Assembly (NCBI GenBank): GCA_964638415.1
Contig: CAZWYP010000002.1
Location: 33,997-97,996, forward strand
DNA: 64,000 bases
Direction: 5' to 3'
Origin: an uncultured Gammaproteobacteria bacterium
GTDB taxonomy: Bacteria; Patescibacteriota; Patescibacteriia; UBA1558; GWA2-36-10
In this document: positions 61,901 to 64,000 of the stretch, one piece after another
How the letters are laid out: the number at the start of each line of letters is the position of its first letter
Position numbering within the stretch: the first letter of the stretch is position 1
The notes under the pieces: model-generated
What the model was told of the DNA's origin: nothing
Database searches by the model: none
What the model saw: the letters and a program-made list of their open reading frames with translations, nothing else
Position numbers and translations under genes: made by a program

Positions 61901-63966
61901 ATGATTATATGTGCTCTGGTAACCCCATTGGTAATAATGCTATTCCTCTTCGTGAATATTGCGGCGATGGTCAGATAAATTTACTGGAAGAATGTGATAT
62001 CAACAGCTTTAGGAATTTATGTGATGCAATATTAGGTGATCAAGATTGGTGGAACGAAAGAACTGGCGGTTGCTATCCACCGGGCAGGGTAGACAGCAGC
62101 GGTAATTCTATTCAATGTACTTGGTATGAACCAGCAATTCCTTTGACTAATGCTATTTGTGGCGGTTATTGCGGAGATAGTAGTATTCAGACAAATCATG
62201 AAGCTTGTGAGGGCAATGGCGTAGTGCCAGGGTATAGTTGTGTGGATGGTTCTACCCCTGTTTGCAATGGCTGTCAGCCAATTTGCAGCGGGGATGGCAG
62301 TATTGCCATTCGCTGTGGCGATGGCTATTGGGATCAAGCGCACGGCGAAGAATGTGATGCTTCGGCAAATCCGAATGGTTTGACTGGAGTAAGTTGTACA
62401 GTGGAAACGGGAATATTAAGTTGTAATTCCTGCCATTATTCTTGCACTTTAGGAGAACCATATTTTGGTTCCTGCGGTAATAATGAGATTGAAGGCGATG
62501 AACAGTGCGAGCCAGCTCTTTATTCTTCCCCGGAACCAGCTGATTCTGATGCTACTCATCAGTATGAGTGTAGCGATCAGTGTCGAATTGCCGGTGGTTA
62601 TTGTGGTGATCGAATCACCAACCGTCCTTATGAAAGTTGTGATACTAATGGTTGGATTACACCTTCACCGGCTATGTCTAGTGCTACTTATCAATATGTC
62701 TGCGACACCTGTGTTAATCGCGGTGGTTGGTGTGGTGATCGGATAGTGCATAATGGCGAGGGTGGCCGTTTGGATTGGGGAGAAGCGTGCGAAGATGGAG
62801 ATAGGGTAGATAATAATGTTTGCAATAATGCCTGCCAATGGAATTGTAATGATACTAATGGTGATTCAATTCCTGATTCTGGTGCCGTGGAACATCAGTT
62901 TATTTTCAACGGTTATACTCCGGAAGTAGTTTTGCATGATGGTGAATCAGCGGTGATGAATTTGCCTGCTTGCCGTCTGCGGGGAGATGTAGAAGTAGAT
63001 ATTACCATTGATAATGGTGCGGGGGCATATGATACCGGTGTATTATTTGTCTCCGATGTTTCCGGTAGTATGGCCGGTGCGCCTTTAGACGCTCTTAAGA
63101 CCGCTATTGCTGGTACTGGTAATGCTTTAGATACTATTTTTAGCACTAATCCAATGGTTAGGGTTGGCTTGATTTCCTATAACGATACTGCCACCGCTAA
63201 TCCCGCTTCTTTTTATCCTACTGCCCTGAAGAATCTTTTAAAAAACAGAGTTAATGCTTATGTGGCTGGCGGCGGAACCAATCATGTAGCTGCTTTACAG
63301 TTAGCTGCTGAAAAATTTGCTCTTGAACCTTATGATTTTGAGCATGAAATTGTAATTTTAATGACTGATGGCGGAACCGCTTCTGCGGCTGCTATCGCTC
63401 AAGCACAAACCCTGAAAAATAATGGAATTGACATATTTACCATTACTTTAAATGATGATAATGGTTTATTAACATTTATGAATGGCATGTCGTCTAGTAA
63501 TTGCACTTGTTCCGGAAGTAATTGTAACCTATCTTCTGGCTCTTGCGGTGATGGTTCTACCTATTGTGCTTCTGGTAATTTTTCCAGATTTGAAGAATGT
63601 GACGGGCAAGCAGGTTGTAATGCTCAGTGCCAGTGGAGTAATCAATTCCAGAAAAGAGCTTATCAGGCAGATAGTGCTAGTGATTTAACTTCCATGTATC
63701 AATATATTGTCCAATCATTGGCCCCGGGAGATATTACTTTGAGCTATAATTCCACTAATTTACCAATAGAAGATACTGATGGAGATAATATTATTTCTGG
63801 TTTTGTTTTACCGGCTGCCAGTTTAATGAGTCCAGCCTCTTGTTTAGAGGGGGAAGAACATAATATAAATATCACATTGGATATTACCGGCAATCCCAAT
63901 GCCAGTGTTACCATCTCTAATCCAGTGTTTAATTTCTGTCCTTGGGAAAATGGTAGTTTTTACTAA
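55996..63966 (+). CDS. Giant (~2656 aa) pilin-fused surface protein: IPT/TIG, Ig-like, FN3, Cys-rich repeats, vWA
   Basis: QQALA^QAN; YAGWLWMTSQGD pilin motif; ITI.G.NFG IPT repeats; FN3 WQDNSDNEDGF; CGDG..E.CD repeats; vWA DVSGSM and MTDG. Confidence 0.85.
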   Translation: MMKNIFKSIFFTASLFIFSGQQALAQANLGVNDLAGSGLGTNDVVGIVNNLINIFLGFLTIIAVIVIIYAGWLWMTSQGDADKIQRAKLMIVSAVIGLVVILSSYLIARYVIRTLSDATGGGNNNGNEEEGPGPGPLPACGEPLDSTEIAVCRTRPNSGVPGQYITIQGWHFGSYNPADSQVFFETSSGTRTQATLASCSGVPVWRESNTPGYFNIRAVIPAVDQGDYKIIVKNGPYEDAYPDGLDYYSVTTGEAGPGIACIIPEDPSPGENITIEGNNFGNTPSTITMSGWVAGSEQDINFLNIGSWSNTLITAAQVPNNALASDLFVSVSGINSNDYYLAVSCADDGQCESGCCADNVCRPDSWCTGGGGGSGPHIEYLTPDTVAEGNLITIYGSGFGDSQGSGNVWFTDSSGSGRVAGRNPNVVNPSCSNTWHDDYIVVVVPADVLDNNADVWVETNDGEESNQKNFHDNGGNLPGLCSLDTASGAYGQVISLSGINFNAGDKASYGGVLDSATTINSPTGAQSTVPNLAAGRVGLSVQTAAGDSGNALPFNIDPLAGGNPIINEVSPEQGPVGQYLTIIGANFGNSIGTVKFIDSTEHLADVDFPNQCSDNYWRNNQIIVKVPAGLESSSEIQVVRNDLATSNLYDFNLTAGNAGPGICLIEPNNGPVNLTPVNIYGDNFGSSGQVDYFNNVASGINTWSDQLISTRVPAGAITGPVTVTASGRVSNAVNFSVGSCSNDSQCSGGQTCCSSATGNYCAANCPGANICSYSWTVTTAAQAFGIWESYECSNDLQSPSPWPDGLWGNDSQEAYVDSQIIGLFTRNVVDADLLSNAITKVFKCTGRDLNCTTEVAGSLSIVNHNSQREGFQFDPAASLETDSWYQVQLGVYHAAEGGDVWDGTTYEWNFKTRAEGLMCQVSSITVSPNENFNVGQEKNFYASAVGDNCNVCGSNYTWSPWNVTYNGAYPNDKVTIVSQDTTGSSAQVRLRGLAATANNTPNYIEVMSTLGGFSDTVQSTITDSPLTIVDYGPNCGNACPNGAVWITFNTPLNPAVVNEALFTIKNCHENPDCTDSSPIAYEVNYDEENYRVWIENVDFEPSTWYLASVGAAIENVSGYSLQPPVNFEWTFKTGEGANCSVARVEVAPGSYLTNSTNPINYTAHPYSARNECRESGLPLDPADYNWIWTSSNSSIATVSGSASYQETVRPADEVEGTTVITAKESASSVSGIGNLEVDTIINDDSSEFDFPRVSAYFPTLSPVCTNTAVSVDFTEIMSRESVRSYFKLYYQEFDVAERTPECNDIWCPIESDLSFVENPGGTRSILNPRDNLDPNTRYLAIVNRQVSSVAGFNLDSADYNYNFDSSPGNDSFGWEFTTGANACDINFVTVEPAFNYYTRVDQSKEFVALAYDIAGNLLTADNYSWSENEGLVDLVNPVANAISAVANNQNGESTVTVVASGPGSAIGTTQVRVFLCENPWPNPYSPFLDEFPFDFRNEVHGFNFSTYYCQDSGREQSTILPYLTTEPIDQPGSQGLLREFIFVVDPQEVAFNYNNLAKKDKESWWSRLLNRFKASALAVANPPTNLDLISNAPNAIIIGWQDNSDNEDGFKIYRRSDITDWTEIAEIGANTEQYTDENIVSGQVYSYRVAAFIDYPSGPLLSAYTNSITVTAGASSLDLIGVQVRANPEHLSVMDWFNLYAPNPNENGRLFEIDGYEALQVGNTVYISAANLSGPNIFTNIYIISHNIGAREGTVEIFDQLVANFSFSANIFNAQVCSVSSEVSCSSDFDCPSGELCQANGDKLRRDTKRLTDLVSVQRRLRSYGQLYKACQNNTSISCQTDIDCPVGDSCIPYYPLLNSGTYLSGASVSLWPSWRQEFSSQLFNTPLPIDPLNRFNGDCPEGYNQATCWNAEESLFSCPANSFIYVYQNSNGYNYNLSANFESGYFTDYNLISPPPVNLPSNGISFNNDYMCSGNPIGNNAIPLREYCGDGQINLLEECDINSFRNLCDAILGDQDWWNERTGGCYPPGRVDSSGNSIQCTWYEPAIPLTNAICGGYCGDSSIQTNHEACEGNGVVPGYSCVDGSTPVCNGCQPICSGDGSIAIRCGDGYWDQAHGEECDASANPNGLTGVSCTVETGILSCNSCHYSCTLGEPYFGSCGNNEIEGDEQCEPALYSSPEPADSDATHQYECSDQCRIAGGYCGDRITNRPYESCDTNGWITPSPAMSSATYQYVCDTCVNRGGWCGDRIVHNGEGGRLDWGEACEDGDRVDNNVCNNACQWNCNDTNGDSIPDSGAVEHQFIFNGYTPEVVLHDGESAVMNLPACRLRGDVEVDITIDNGAGAYDTGVLFVSDVSGSMAGAPLDALKTAIAGTGNALDTIFSTNPMVRVGLISYNDTATANPASFYPTALKNLLKNRVNAYVAGGGTNHVAALQLAAEKFALEPYDFEHEIVILMTDGGTASAAAIAQAQTLKNNGIDIFTITLNDDNGLLTFMNGMSSSNCTCSGSNCNLSSGSCGDGSTYCASGNFSRFEECDGQAGCNAQCQWSNQFQKRAYQADSASDLTSMYQYIVQSLAPGDITLSYNSTNLPIEDTDGDNIISGFVLPAASLMSPASCLEGEEHNINITLDITGNPNASVTISNPVFNFCPWENGSFY

Positions 63967-64000
63967 TTAATTTTTACCGATGTTTAAGAATATTTTAATT

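Overview
This is a 64-kb chromosomal segment of an AT-rich bacterium, most likely Patescibacteria/CPR (Parcubacteria-like). That placement is an inference from the gene set: type-2 IleRS, alpha2 GlyRS, membrane-anchored Clp ATPase, UvrD-nuclease fusion, pilin-fused giant surface proteins, and core genes mostly lacking Shine-Dalgarno sites. The standard genetic code is used. Most genes are housekeeping: ileS, recO, tgt, glyQS, rsmI, metG, tatD, rmuC, a complete F1Fo ATP synthase operon, pheS/pheT, gyrB, secE-nusG-rplK-rplA, pepA, pth, der, lepB, hisS and rpsU. Small accessory units lie between them. The most notable observations are: (1) a ~245-nt GC-rich, fully nested multi-hairpin element at 44199-44442 with its own promoter and terminator, a candidate unannotated structured RNA; (2) two tandem proteins with VirB2/TrbC-like pilin N-termini, one of ~2650 aa that also carries an internal type-IV-pilin-like domain, an internal signal-peptidase-like site, Cys-rich repeats and a vWA domain; (3) an orphan MoaA-like radical SAM gene convergent with a NUDIX gene; (4) an AftA-like arabinofuranosyltransferase; (5) an idi cassette splitting pheS from pheT; (6) a membrane-anchored Zn-finger Clp ATPase with a degenerate first ATPase ring. 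No rRNA, tRNA, CRISPR array or transposase was recognised. All calls come from motif recognition by eye; no searches were run.
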